A stretch of 64,000 bases of DNA, from the NCBI RefSeq assembly GCF_009914755.1, contig NC_060947.1; one strand, written 5' to 3'. Position numbers and translations under genes: made by a program. How positions within the stretch are numbered: the first letter of the stretch is position 1; the number at the start of each line of letters is the position of its first letter. Shown here piece by piece: positions 11,606 through 27,254 of the stretch. Under the pieces are notes generated by a model, which worked only from the letters and a program-made list of their open reading frames with translations, had not been told where the DNA came from and did not search any database. The stretch is from the human T2T-CHM13v2.0 reference genome, Homo sapiens.

Positions 11606-13398
11606 CCCCTCCACCCCACTGCCTCCCCCAAAAATGTGTGATACTGAATTACAATTAATTGTTTATATTTCCACTTAAACTATGTTTTCAAGGACAGGGG
11701 CTCTGTCCTATTCTTCTATATAGCCCTCATCCCATCCATTCCAGCTTTGTACATTGGCCTTCATCCCTGGCATAAAGCAGAATCTCAGTAACTTCTTTAA
11801 CTGCTTACTTGATGAACTATCCTGGGGAAGAGGAAGGAGAGAGCTAGGGACATGCCTCATGACATAAAAACTCTGGATAATCTTCTAAGTGCCTTGCAAA
11901 AAATCACAGGAAGGTTTTTCTTAAAATAAATCACTTTATATATTTTTTCAGGAAGAAACAAGCATTGGGCACAGGAGAAGCATCTGGGAGTGAGGATGGA
12001 AAAGGGGCCAAGAGCACTTTCACTTGTCTCACTACTTTCCCTAGGACCTGATCTTGTTGGTGCCACTAAAATTCATCTCTATGAGAAGCCACTGCTAAAG
12101 AGTAGCAGCTTTTGTTCTCCAGTAGCCTTTACCAACAAAGATGACTACTAAAGCCCTGGGTTCCCTCCTTCCACTCCTAGCTTTAGTACTCATCCATTCA
12201 GTGCATACTTATTGAGCCTTTATGCTAGCCCTGAGGCAACAGTTTAGTGGCAATTAGTCTGATTATTTGGAAAAAAAAAAAAAGAAATTTATTAAGGTCT
12301 GTGACACATTTGGATTAACCTTTCAACCAGCTTTTCCAGGCATGCATTGTAATGGGGGCTGCTCGGTGTTCTAACCCCCCAAAATGGAGTCACCTTCATG
12401 CTTAGCTGGAAGTCTTCTTGCCCTAACTTCTTGTATTGGTTTAAGCCTACAGTGACATCTTCTGGTAAATATTAAGAGTGCACCACAGTGGAAGTCTGCA
12501 GCTCTCCTTCCTAAACATTGTTCCTAGCCTTTCAGAGCAAATACATCCCAACCACCAGGGTTAATGACACAATCAATGTTTCATAAGCACCACCCCTACC
12601 CCAACATGGATAGAGAGAAGGCAACACAGAGACAGACTTTCAGAGAGGGTCTCTCATGTTGTGGGTGTGTGGATCCAGTATGCATTCAACTTGAAGGTCA
12701 CCTAGTGCCCTTAAGAAATACGGACAGCCCAACGTAGGCAGCCTCAGTGTCTACACTGTAGGGATTTTCACTGCAGCAGAGAAGTTAGAGGGGCACACAC
12801 ATACACACACTGCTGCCTTGGTGATAACAGCCACCTAGACTCATATGACAAAACCTGCAGAGATTCAGTGAGTGTCAACAGCCCCCTTCTTCCAGGGCAA
12901 ATAGCCTTGGGGACCCAGAATGCCTCAACTGAAAGCACTTGATGCTGCTTAGAAATATTCCATGTGTAGAAAGAAAGAAAGATCTGCTGAAGGGTAGGTG
13001 TCCAGGGTCCAGGGGTCTCCTGAATTTCATGGTGTGTTGGAAGTAGGAAGGCAGGTAAAGATAACACCTTGGAGGTTATGTCAGAAAAAGAATCCAGGAT
13101 GCTCATTATATCCAAGGAAGAGCTTTTAGGGCAATATCAGAGAAGCACGCTGGGGAATGCAGCTGGGGTCGGGGGCAAACAGAGACATGGCCAGTTTTCC
13201 CTCAGTGGTCAGGTCAGGTCAAGACTTGCTTAGTCTTGGCACCTAATGTGTGCCTGGCACTATGGCAGGCACTGGGGATACAGACAGGGATAAGACATGG
13301 AAACCCGGGGAAAGTGTTTCAATTGTGTGTGCCATGAATGCTTGGAGCAAGTGCAGGGTATGATTAAAAAAAAACACCTCACACTGATTTCTAACCTA

Positions 13399-13760
<362 letters not shown>

Positions 13761-13764
13761 TGAG

Positions 13765-14340
13765 TCAAGGAGAGAGGAAAGGAGTATGAGACAGAAGGAT
13801 CAGCATGAGCAGAGGCACAGAGGCATAAACCAGCCTATTGTGCAAGAGAAACGTGCATCAAAAAACCTCCCGGGGAGTGAAGGAGTAGTGGCAGGAATTG
13901 AAGATGGAGAGGGAGCCCAGGACCTGGTTGTGAAAGGCCACAGATGCCATATTAAAGCATTCAAAGTTAATTCTGCAGGCAACAGAGAGGCTTTGAAGGG
14001 CTTTAAGCAGGGGAATGACATGATGAGGTCTGTGTTTTAGAAAGATCATTATGTATATGAAGATGAAATTCGTGAAGTTAGTTAAGAGGCCACTGCAGAA
14101 GACAAGGCAAAAGAGAAGGAGGAGCAGACTAGAGAAATATTTAGCGGGTAAAAGTGACAAAAGGGATTCGGGGGAGAAAGAGGAGGAGGACTTAAGGATG
14201 CCTCCTAGAGCTCTGGAGGAAGGACTGAGGTGCCTGCGGGACATCTGAGTAGAGTTGAATGAACAGATCTGGCACTCAGAGAGCAACCTGGGCTGAAGAT
14301 AAGGTACGGAGTGGTCAGCACAAAGTGGTAATTTCCAGAC
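13765..14340. mobile_element. L2 fragment
   Basis: Purine-rich L2-type motifs (AGCAGAGGCACAGAGGCA...TTTAAGCAGGGGAATGACATGATGAGGTCTGTGTTTTAGAAAGATCA). Confidence 0.6.
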
Positions 14341-15229
14341 CATCATGGTCTATTTAGGGACCTTTTTAAAATTCCACTTGTGTGGCTTCAGATATTCGAA
14401 GACAGCATTTACCCCAGGGCTTCTCTTCTTTATGCTAAAAATGGTTTTCAACTATTCTCTATATAGCTTCAAGGCCCCGCTATCCTGTTGTCTGCCTGCA
14501 AGTGCATTCCACTTTATTGGAACATGGCCTGCTAAGCACGATCTGACAAGCAACAAGAAGGGACAGCCTATCACCTTCCTCATTCTTGACACCATTTCTC
14601 TTAATGTGGCCTCAGATCACATGGACCATTTTGGCGGCCACACCACACCACTGATACACAGTAAGCTCAATTGTTTCATACTTTCACATATATGCCACGC
14701 TGGAACGCAATCTATATTGTCAGGAACTGATGCAGTGTATTTGTGGCCCTGTTTAATCTCTTCTTGATGGAGGAAATCTAAGCCTGTCAAAAGACATCTA
14801 CATTCTGATTATATCCCCCAATATCTTCACCATACTTTCCTGTTCCTGTTGGCAATGCCTGGATTCAGGCATTGATCAAAACAGAGCAAGATGCAGGTGA
14901 GAGCAAGTCTCTGATAGTTGCTGGAAATCTTTCTTCAGGTTGACATGAAACTGAAGGGTGCCGCTGAATGGACTGACTGAATTTTAACTGAATGAGGCCA
15001 GTTCAGCCCCAGGAAAATCATACGCCACCTGTTTCACTTAGTAGTAATTGGACAGGACTTTCTTGTGACCAAATGTATCACCTAATTAAAATGACAAGGT
15101 GTCACATTTTTAAATTGGAGCCATGACTCCCCATTGGGTTACATGGGTTAATTGAATGGCTGATTGGTGCTTCTGTATGCCCATGGTGACTTTACAGGCA
15201 CTACACAGTTAAAGGTTTACCACCTTCTA

Positions 15230-15765
15230 CTGAATGACAGTTCTCTGGGTGGCCTTGGACCAACACAATACTCCCCTCATTCTTGCTTGTCATTCTTAAG
15301 AATAACTGTAGAATGTGCTGGGAGTGCAGTATCCTGAGATAGGGAGGAACTGCCTGAAACAGCAAAAGCCTTGTTCCAGTCCTTCCTGGAGAATCTAACA
15401 TCTTGAGATAGGGAGGAACTGCCTGGGACAGCCCAGCCTTTGTTCCTTTCTCTCAGAAGCAGGATGTCCTTCAAAGCTTTGCTAAATGAGTCACATGGCC
15501 CCTGAGGTATATAACTCAGGAAAGGCTGCCTTTTGGGGTCTCTCAGCTATGGTGCAAGTGAGGCATGCTTAATCGAGACTCATTCACCCAGGCAGCTTTC
15601 TTGAGTCTTGGGAAACCATCTCACAGTGGATCCTAGGCTTCTTTTGTCCCTTGCTGCCTATCTGTAAGTAATAAACCCACTTCATGTAACTTGTTGCTTA
15701 TGAGTGTGTTCTGTCTCACCAAACCCATAGAAGTTTATAAACAATGCACAGTGAACCTGCTTTGT
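15230..15765 (+). mobile_element. ERVL-type solo LTR (MER21/MER68/MER77-like)
   Basis: GAATAACTGTAGAATGTGCTGGGA...TGAGATAGGGAGGAACTG motif; TATATAA at 15508-15514 and AATAAA at 15670-15675 in LTR order; boundaries approximate. Confidence 0.7.
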
Positions 15766-16225
15766 GTCTACAAGTTTAGGCCAACTTTTTCCTGTCACTG
15801 ATAAGCAATTGTCGAAATAATAGCAACAAATGAAAGAGTTGTCCAAGCAAGAAACCAAAGGGCCATCCTTGACTCCTCTAATCTCCCCTCACTACTAAGA
15901 GCTAAACATTCGCTTAAGTCCTTTCCAGTTTCTAATAGCTCTGAAATCCATCCTTTGCACCACTGCCTGGGGTCAGGCCTTCATCACTTCTCTACTAAAA
16001 CATTGCAGTAGCATCCCGTCCTACTCTTCAGGTCTCCAGTCCCATGCCACTTCCACACCCCCAGATGGCACATACCTGACCTGTCATTCCCTAATTAAGC
16101 CCTCCCAATGGCTCCCTATCAACTATGACATGAAGCCAAGCTCCTCCACATGCTACAGACAGCCTTGTGGAATCCAGCAACCACCTTTCTTTCTGTCCAG
16201 CCTTCTCAAGTGAGCTCCCTCTATA

Positions 16226-16460
16226 CAAGTCTTTCTCAATTGTGAGTGATCTTCCATCTCCACTCCCCAAACCCCCAACTCTGGGCCACTTGGCAATATC
16301 TGGGGATATTTTGGTTGTAATGACTTGGGGAGGGGGTTGGTACTGGCATCTAGTAAGTCAAGTCCAGGGATGTTGCTAAATATCCTATCATGCACAGTCC
16401 CCCTACAACAAAGAAATACCCTGCCTCAGATGCCAATAATGCCAAGGTTGAGGAACCTTG
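16226..16460. mobile_element. MER20 hAT element nested in L2
   Basis: TTGGCAATATCTGGGGATATTTTGGTTG...CTGGCATCTAGT...GGGATGTTGCTAAATATCCT...AAGGTTGAGGAACCTTG. Confidence 0.8.
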
Positions 16461-17775
16461 CTCTATACCCTATATGCTGAATTTTCCAAATCAAAGTCCC
16501 AGGCAGTGACTCCACAGGTGCTTTGCCTCTGTATATGGAGTGCCCACTCTTTTGAATGGCTTCTATTTATCCTTTGTAGGTTACCTGGCAAAGTCTTTCA
16601 AAACTCAACTCAAAGACTGTCTCCTCCGCGAAACCTTCCTTGACCTCCCTGGATGGAGTTAAGCACCCCCTTCTCTGCTCCAGACGCCCTGGTGTTCTCC
16701 CATTGTAACATGTATCACAATGTGCTGGGATTGTCAAGCGATTTTTCTGCCTCTTCCGCTGGACTATGAGCTCTGGGAGGGTAAGAACCATGTATCTATC
16801 CTCAGGGCCTAGCACAATGTTTGACATAAAGTAAGCAATTAATAAAAGATTGTTGAATGAATTTCTGCAGGAGAAGCAGCAGAGCTTATGATGAGCAAAT
16901 AGGAAAATGCGTATCTTATTCTTTGATAAGGAAAAGCCACTAGATGTCACTATGAAATAACAGATATACCATTTTATACCTGTAATGGAGCATTTTAAGG
17001 AGATGTAGCTGTGAAGGACATTGTTATATTTAGCTGTTGTCCCTGACTTTTTGTGCAGTATCCCAGTTTAAAAGAAGGCTGGAAAGTTTAAGGACGTTAA
17101 AAATAACTAAATGGTTAAAAACAAGAATCTTATTTTTTATTCTCCTTTTAATAGACCATTCTGAAATAAGTGCCCAAGTTCTAAGTCACAGAGTCCTACA
17201 CTCGTCAGAACAGGAGGAAACCTTTGAGACAGTAAATCATTTAGGTCAAACCCTTCACTTTAAAGGTGGGGATACTGAGGCCCAGAGAGAGACAGGCAAG
17301 GACTTGTCCCCAAATCACACCTTGCCAGTAGCCCTTGAGAATCAATCTACCTGAGAGAACTATTTCTGGGCCGAAGTCCTGTTATTTTAGCAGACCCTCT
17401 TTGTGTCTGCTAGTTACCTAGGATGGCACACTCAACCAGGCCTGAAAGAACTCACTAACCCCCATGAAGGGTAAACATTTGGCTGCTCAAAGAGGACACT
17501 TTCTTACACCAACTACATAGCCAGGAACTGGGGGTGCTCTGTGCCTGACACTTATACGTTAACTCCCAACAATCCTGTGAATCATATATTATTATTCCCT
17601 TTTCCAGAATGAAGAAACTGAGACTCAGAGATGATGTGACTCTGGGTCACGCCTCAAGTTAAGTAGGTGTGTTCAGGCTTCAATCCAGGTCTCTCTCACT
17701 CTAGAAATGGTATTCTTTCCATCCTGGTGCTAGGGCACAAGCCCAGGACTTCTAATTCTATGAGTTAACTAAAAA

Positions 17776-17959
17776 AGTGGTTCCTAAAGTGTGAGCCCAG
17801 AACCATCAGCATCAGCATCATTTAGGAACTTGTTAGAAATGCACACTCTCAGGTCCACTCACTGAATCTGAAACTCAGAGGCTGGGGCTTGCCAATCTGC
17901 ATTTTGGGAAGCCCATCCAGAAATTCTGATATACACACAGTTGAGTTTGAGAATCACTG
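17776..17959. mobile_element. MER5A hAT MITE
   Basis: AGTGGTTCCTAAAGTGTG...AGCATCA...GAACTTGTTAGAAATGCA...TTTGAGAATCACTG. Confidence 0.8.
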
Positions 17960-18383
17960 TCCTAGGCATGTGGCTTCAGAGATCAGAAGTCTCTCAGAAA
18001 TCCCAGGTGGTATCTAGAGTGTAGACAAGCCAACTGTGCCCCCGGATGCAAGCCCTATCTTCTCTCTACCCCTTGGAGAAACCCTGGGGGCACCCATTTC
18101 CATCAAGGGAAAGTCCAGGGAATGTTACTTGAGCAAAGTTCTGAGGATCATGCTGTAAACATTTACTTTCCTTTGAGGCTACTGGTTCACGAAAGGCCAT
18201 GATAAGGTTTTCCCTGCACTACTCAAAGGGGAAATAAATATCAAAGACATTTTTTAATAGAAGAAGGCCAGAAAACCCGTAGCAGTTAAGGTCATAGGAG
18301 TGATCAATAAAAAGTTAATTTAAGAAAGGAAACAAATTCTTATCCCAAATCAATAGGAGTGAACATTCTATTATACCTGTAGC

Positions 18384-18647
18384 ATATATATGTGCTATAT
18401 ATATATAAAAAATATATATATAAAATATTATATATTTATATATATAATATTTTATATATATAATATTATATATTATTTTATATATATAATATTATATATA
18501 ATATTTTATATATAATATATATATAATATATTATATATTATATATATAATATTTTATATATAATATTATATATAATATTTTATATATATATTATATATAA
18601 TATTTTATATATAATATATATAAAATATTTTATATATATATATAAAA
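18384..18647. repeat. AT-rich low-complexity/(TA)n block
   Basis: ~260 nt almost entirely A/T with TATATAATATT(T) subunits. Confidence 0.95.
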
Positions 18648-21537
18648 GTTCAGCCTTTGCACATCTTGTTCTTGGAGAAACAATGAGTGGTAGAAAAAGA
18701 ACTGTGGTTGGTGGTCCTAAGTAACTCTGCCAATAGTTGGGGTGGTTGTATATGACACTGAGTCATTAATGTTGAAGGTCTGGTCTCCTTCCTTGGCTAA
18801 TGAAGTCTAAAGCAACCACATGGATCCTCCCATTGCATGTAAATGACTGGGTCAAAGCAAGGAGGAAGGCGTTCAAATCAAACAATATTAATATGTGAGC
18901 ACAAACTAAATAAAAGTATGGTAAATTGAATCAAAGGCAAACATGCTTCTGATGGAGCTGGACCCCTTAAGCCCTGGAGGTGCTGTTTTAAGTGCTTTTC
19001 TTGTGTAGCTCATATTAGTAGTCCCCAAACAGGAGTTTAATAAATGCTGTTATCAGCAGTGGCAGCAGTCTCATAAAAGAAGTGTGGGACTTCACAAGGG
19101 GACTACTTTGAAGCAGACAGACGTGCCTGTAGATGTGTTGTTTTTGGCACATTTGTCACAAGTTTTATGGCTTAGTAGTCATGCTTTACCTAGTGAGAAG
19201 AGTGAGCTGTTGCATTTGCAGACAGTGGGTTACATAGAGCAGTGTGACACATGACTTCATTTAATTGTCTTCACAACACTAGAAAGACCTAAATGATCTG
19301 GATGCTGAACCTCTTCCTTTCCCCTTGAAGTTCATGCTGTGGGCTGCTGACTTAGCCAGACTTTCTGGGCTACCCACAGGAGGTGGGGAGCAAGGTGAAC
19401 TCTTGGGAGCACAGTGATCCATGAGACAAGCAAGACTTATTAGACAAAAGATCTACCAGACACAAAACCAAATCTGAAGAGGCTGAAGGTCTTGCACCCA
19501 CCAAACATGCTATTAGTTCTCCTTGAAGGAGTTTTCTGCTCTTCTTCATACCTCACCCAAAGGACCAGTTCTGTGTATATAAAGTAACACCTTCATTCAT
19601 TGATTCTTTTCCTCTGATTAACTAAAAGTAAACCCATCTGTGTGTATTGTGGGGAGTGCTCAAAGGAGCACAAATGGGCTTTCATTAAACAGAAGGATGT
19701 TTTTCTATGCGATTCTTTTTCTTTAACAAAGCAGAAATTTTTTTCCTTTGTTGAAAATAAAGAAGATTTCTAATGCCTTTGAATTCAAACTCAAGGTGGA
19801 ATTCTTCACACAATGAGTCCTGGTGATATTTACTTCTTTTTAAAAGAAATCACTCTCCTTTTTCCCAAAGCCCAGTAGGTTTCAAAGTACATAACTCTAA
19901 GGGCTTTTGCAAATAGTGAAAAAGCTGAGTTCTTTAACAAGATGTGAAATTCCAAACTTTATGACCCATAGTTGCAGGCCTTTACCCAGAATCCATCCAA
20001 TTGCTTGACATCATGAAAAATTTTGTAGATTACACTGCCTTTCTCCCAATTTTTTGCATTCTAAAATTATTTTGTGAGTCTTGGTTCATTAATAGTCAGT
20101 GTATTCTTGAGGTGGAAGAAACTTTTATGAAAATACCCTACAGCATGCAGATTAGGGGACTGGGGTCCCATGAAGGGATATGATCTGCCCAAGTCACATG
20201 GAGACCAGATCTGCCACTGATTAACACACTCAAGCTTCCTGCCTGACTTTCCTTCTAGGAACTCCTCCCTCCACATATGGAACTTCTCAGCTTACTGAGT
20301 GTTTCTATGTGACATCTTCTGTCAAATTGCCATCCCTTGAGGATTGGCATCTGGAACTGCCAGAGCTAGGGGTTGGTTCTCTTCCTTCTCCCAACCCTGA
20401 AACAAGAGTGCACAGAGGGGAAGAATCATAAGCTCCATGCCACAGTGGATGGGAGGAGGTTGGGGAAATTTCTAAGTGTCCCCACTGGGACTATCATGGT
20501 TTGCTCTTCAGATAAACATCCCTAGTGCCTCTTGTCCCAGGAATCCATTGCTTTGGTCCTGCCTTTTGATTGATTAGTACATCCACATAAAACCCTGCAT
20601 GTTTCAGGTCTTAACTAAAAAGTAATAAAACTGGTACTTTCATGAAACTCAATCCAGAAACAGGCATGTGCAAAGAGGGTACATAGTGCCCTTTTAGCCC
20701 TGGAGGTGAGGGGCTTGGCCTTGGGTTGCAAGACAGAAGTTTAATCAATCCATGAACAACGTATCAACTCTGACCTAGAAGTCGCCATAATTAGAGCTGT
20801 AGGCATGGTGAGGAAGTTGCATGTATACGGGTGCCAGCTTTCAACGGGCTTAGAATTGGAGGGGGCGGGGGCAGATAGAGGCACAGTATATTTCAGTGCT
20901 AATTGTGTCATACAGAGATTAAGTGAGAAATGAGTGGGGAGAAGAGAGTTGACTGTATTATGGTCATCAAGGAAGGCTTCATAGAAGAGGAGGAATATGA
21001 TGGATTCTGAAGGACAAAAAGGATTTGACTAGGTGCGTGTATGGTGGTGGGGTGGGTGGACGGCATTCTGACATCAGCAAAGAGCAAAACACACAGGAAA
21101 CTAATAGATGTTTTGATTTAACAGGTGCCTACAGTATGTCAGACACTAGGCTAGAAGCTTTTTCAGAAAACCTATCAAATAGGTGTTAATGCCTTCATTT
21201 TAGTCACAGTGTATATCATGAAAAGGGCTTGTTCTAGAGCTGCACTGTCCAATATGGTAGCCATCAGCAACATGTGACTACTGAGCTCTTGAAATGTGGC
21301 TAGTCTGAACTAAGAAGTGATTTAAGTTTTCAAGCATACTAAGATTTCCAAGACTTAGAGGTAGAGAAAATATCTCATGAATTAATTATTATTTATACTG
21401 ATTATATGTTGAAATAATAATGTGGATATATTGGGTTAAATAAAATGTATTATTAAAATTAATTTCATCTGTATCCCCATTTTTAATGTGGATACTATAA
21501 AATTTAAAATTACATAGGTGACTTGCATCACATTTCT

Positions 21538-22244
<707 letters not shown>

Positions 22245-24790
22245 TAGCTGTGTCATCTTGGGCAAATAACCTCTCTGTGCTTCTACTTTTCTCATTTACA
22301 ATGCATGAAAACCATAGAGTCTTTATGAAGATAAAATCTGGTCTTTATATTTGGTCTTTGTGTCCTCACTGACAGATGTGTCTGAGCCTCCAATGTGTGT
22401 GCTCTCACCCACTGGGCTGTTCATTCTCATTTGTGCCTGAGCACAGCCTCAGGAGTCACAGGCCAGGAGCACAACTGGCCTGAATGCAGCAGGACATTTG
22501 AGTAGGAGGCAGTTGGATATGCTGGGATGTGAAATGAGGGATCCAATTCTGTGGTTTTTGTGGGCCCCTTACAGAACCGCAGGGCTGGGATCTGAGCATT
22601 TTAGAGCTGAGGGGCCTGGGGGCAGGGGTATAGCTGGACACCATTTTAGACCATACTTCGTATTCTACGGATCCCGAACCAGATAGCCAGCTCCCTTTCC
22701 ATGTCTCTAGATTGTGAGAAATCCAGAGACACACAGAATCATTTCTTTAGGGACCTCCACAGAGACAAGAAATCAAGTAAGAGGCCTTTTTCACATGGTA
22801 GGCCGTCAATAAATATTAAGGCAATTTTGAGCTAGTGATAGCCAGTCCCACGCATTCACCTGGGCCTGCTGGACATGTGCTGTCTGGGAGGCAGGTACCC
22901 TAACTGTGCTTTGGAGAAATCGTTAGAGGAAACCTAGTCAGGAAAAATGCCTGCTCTCAGCATTGTGCTATTTTCCAGAGCAGCACAGGGGAAAAGTTTT
23001 CCCCCTAAATGAAGGCTTCCCTTCTTGAGCCCTGGGTTGATTTTAATGAGCTCTAATATTGCTTCAAGGTGCTGAGAGATATGAAGTGCAAACCCTGGCT
23101 TTTTCTGGGGGGGTGTGGGGGAACAGAACTTTTTAACCATTTGAACTGTAAAGAATTGAAGCCATTCAGAATTTCAAGGGCTGGCAGGGTCATGCCTCCT
23201 TTCACCTGGGAAAGTTTTTCCTTCAGATATTCAAGCTGCAAAAGGCATAATTACTGAATAACATGGCTGGGCTACATGTGTGGGGAAATAAGCATTCTAT
23301 ACAGTAACAGGCACAGCCTTGTTTCTTTGCAATGATAATACTGGGTGGTGAAAAAAACTCATCCATCCCCCATCCCACCTCTCTAGCTAAGGAATGTGAT
23401 GTCACACTGGGGCAAGTACAGGAAGGAGGACTGAAGACATGAAGATCCTGATTGAGCAGAAGGAATTATTTTGAAGGTTATGTTAATGCTGAAACTGACA
23501 AGCGTTCTATAAGTTTCGTGCATCAGAGGTTTCTTTTTGATGGCATAGAGACTTTGGACAACTGTGTTTCCCCTTTAAGGCAAAAAGGAGACCTTCCCTG
23601 AAATCAGTGGCCTAGTATTGGGGAGTCACGGGGCAGTTGCCCTCATCATCCCTTCTCCACGCACAGTATATTCCTCCAGATTGCAATTTTACATCACACT
23701 GCAATGTCCTGAATCCTAGAGAAAAGACATTTTTGTCCAAAATGTGACAGAATAGAAAAACAGTATGTGAAATTAGACAGCTATGCGTGTTGTAAAATAT
23801 AAGCCATGGCTCTACTTTGATGAAAGCATGAACATTCCATAATTTTTGACAGAATAGAATCTTTTTTTTTTTAAAGGGGCACTTTACAAACCTCATCTTG
23901 TGCAAAACGGGATCTTACTTCACTGAAAGTGGGTGAGGCCATTTTACTCATCATGGTTGGGGGCAGTTCAACCAAGGGGGAGCCTGAGAGTGTTCCACAC
24001 CTCCCTCCATGCATACAGTGAGCTCTGGATTACTCTCTCGTTGAGTAAGAGCCATGTCCCATGTGTGGAAACTGGCCAACCGATGAAGGGCAAGGTTCCT
24101 GTGAATGGAACCAATGAGAGCCACTCACAAATGAAAGATGAAAGTGACAAACTCATATTTTTCATAGAGTAGATGGTTTGGCAGACCTCTCAGAGGTTAC
24201 CTGCTCCAATCACTTTAGCAATGAGAATGCTAAAGCCCAGAGGTGAAGGATAGGGACTCATCCAGGGTCATTTGGCCAGTTTATGGCACAGAAGGGACCC
24301 AAAACCAAGTCTCTGACTCCTTGTTCACTTTCCTGAATATCACCCTTAAGATGACCAATGAACAGGAATCGGCTTTAGGCAAAGGCAACCCCTCTATTTG
24401 GTTGACGTTCACTTATTCTTTACTGCAAGACTTTAAACCCATAAAAAAGGACTCAAAGTCAATGCTCACATTAAGACAGATGCCTGACCCTGACTTTCCA
24501 ACTAAGGCAAATGCTAGAGGGCAGAACCTCCCTTAGATTCTTCAAGTCATCATTTACTGTGAGGACATGTCAATGAGAAGAGAGATCTGCTTGCGTGCTG
24601 CGTGAGCCACCTACAGAGCTTTCCCTCCTGGCTTGGGCTTTTTTGTCTGGAATTGAGCTTAATTCTCAGAAATAGTGACTCACTGCAAAGTGGATTTAAG
24701 GCCAGAGATAATTACTCTAAACGACATTGCCCTTCTCAAAATAGTTTTTCAGAAAAGTCATCTGAAGAAAATTCATTGATATCAGTGCCT

Positions 24791-24946
24791 GAGAGAAGGA
24801 AGGAAGGAAAGAAGGAAGATGGGAAGGAGCGAGGGAGAGAGAAAGGACAGAAAGAGGGAAGGAAGGGAGGAAGAAAGGGGGGAGGGAGGGAAGGAGGGAA
24901 GGACAGAAAAAGGGAAAGTGGGAAGATAGGAGTGAGGGAGGGAGGG
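24791..24946. repeat. GA-rich (GGAA/GGGA) polypurine tract
   Basis: ~155 nt almost entirely purine on +. Confidence 0.9.
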
Positions 24947-27049
24947 CTGATTAATCACAATGAGAAATTTGAAAAGGTTTCCACTGTTTTTATAAAGTTA
25001 GTTTCTCACTCAATCCTATGAAGTATACAGGACAAGATATAAAATTCCCATTTTGCAGCTAAGGAAACTGAACCTCAAACAAAGGAGGCAACTTTCCCAA
25101 GGATATATAGTTGGTCAGCAGTGGGTCTAGGACCAGAACCCAGGTTTCCTAACTCCCAATTCAGTGTTTCCCCCATGTTTTCTCTGTTGCACATTAAGCC
25201 TCAAATAAATGGCTGCATACTCCATTTCTCTTATTTTGTCTTGCAAACCAGGCTAGACATTCCTTAAGAGCCAAACTATTTGATATCTCTCCTGTCTCTC
25301 AACACAGGGCCCAGCACCTTATGGGAACTCAGACTGGTGGGTTAATTGATGAGCCTTCTAGCATGAAGCCTTGAAATCACCCAGGATGCTCCATTTTATC
25401 CTCTCCCATCCCACTGCACATCAGTTCCTCCTCCCACCAATCAGAAACAAAGGGCATTGTCCCCTAAACTACACAGGCCCTGAAACGAGTCCCAAAGTGA
25501 CTCCACCTCTGGCTGGTGCAGTGCCTCAGGTCCCCAGGTTGGCATTTCCCCAGTCAGGAGAGACTGCTGCACCCACAATACAACTTGTAAGGGTAAAGGA
25601 GGCCCCTTCTCCTCCAAATGTACCCCACTGAGGCCTGAAATCCCATCCTTAGTTACTATTTCTTTGGTCCTTTGTTGTAGCTGGGAGACCTCGGCCCTCC
25701 AAGCTTCTCCATTCCTCCTCCTACACCTCCCCCTTCTTCCAGCCTTTCCCCCACTGGACTCTCTCTCTGGGCTTAGTCTGTTCAAAATCTGAGACCTAGA
25801 AGGAAAGTCATTAGAAAAACTCATTTTGTCAAAGTGTCATGTACTTAGCACCACCAGAAGCATTTCCATTTTAAAGGGGCAGCCCCTAAGGGGCAATGCT
25901 ATGCCCTCTTATGGTAGAATTTCAGGCAGCAGTAGGGCAAGTTCTATGGGGCAGGAGGCCATCCAAAAATCACAGAATATAGGAGACCAGCTATTATGCA
26001 CAGGTAAAGCCTGCTTCAATAGTCATAATCAGGATACCTATTCCTTTCTGCTCAAAGAAAGTAGAGGAATTTAAAATGAGGTCTTTTGGTGACAGTTTTG
26101 ATCAAACACTTTTTCCTTTTCAGAGCCATGAATCGGTCATGAACACACTAAGTTAAAGCAAGATTTGATTTCCCCAAGGCTATTTTTGAAGTCCTGTTGT
26201 TCCCCTATCCCACCTCCTTCCATTTAACATTCATGAGTTAAGGTGTTACTAGAAATGCACGCAGGGAGAACATGTCGACCTTCACCTTCTACGTGGTGGA
26301 AAGAATGTGCTGACAGTTGAAATATGGGCAGGTACATTTTTGGGAGACTGGCATTGCTGCATTTCAGCATACCAAGCACAGTTCAGGTGATGAGCAGGTC
26401 ACCTTTGAGGTTTTTAAATAATCATAAGTATTTATATTTCTCAGTTCATTTTCAAGGATTAAAGAGCTATTATTCCAAATCTTTTGAAAGGAATAGCACC
26501 CTCTTTCTCTTCTACTTCTAAAAAGTTCTTTATAGCAAATATATATTTATTTTTAACAAAACACATCTTCTTCTTCATAGAGCCTTACACCATGACTGAG
26601 AAATAGACAGTTCCAGTCCATTTCATAGACACTGATATTAGTGCACAGAGAGGTGAAAGGTCACACAGCCAGTAAGTCATCAAGTTACATATGTTTTAAA
26701 CCCAAGTCTAGATATCCAGACTCATTTTTCTACCCCATGCCACTTTGTTCATTTTATTTTAAAAGGTAATTTGCATGACAGCGGAGAGCTTTCTACAACA
26801 CCATAATGGGACAGGCAACCAGGGCCAGCCTTGTGGGGTGGCATAAGTTCAGGAGTGCTGGGAAGCACAGCCCCTCCCCAACACAGTTGGCCAGCAATCC
26901 ACAATGTAAAGTTTATTCCTTTGGTTTAAGAATCTGCCTCCTGTGCGTAGGGGATGATAGGAGATAAGGAGTACGGGGTCAAAAGCAATGAAGACTTATT
27001 GGTCATTTGCATGGGGGAGGGACTAAATGACCTCTAAGATATCCCTCCT

Positions 27050-27254
<205 letters not shown>

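Noticed and set aside
24602-25021. 139-aa ORF with a G/E/K/R-rich segment
   Set aside because: Stop-free only because it crosses the GA-rich repeat
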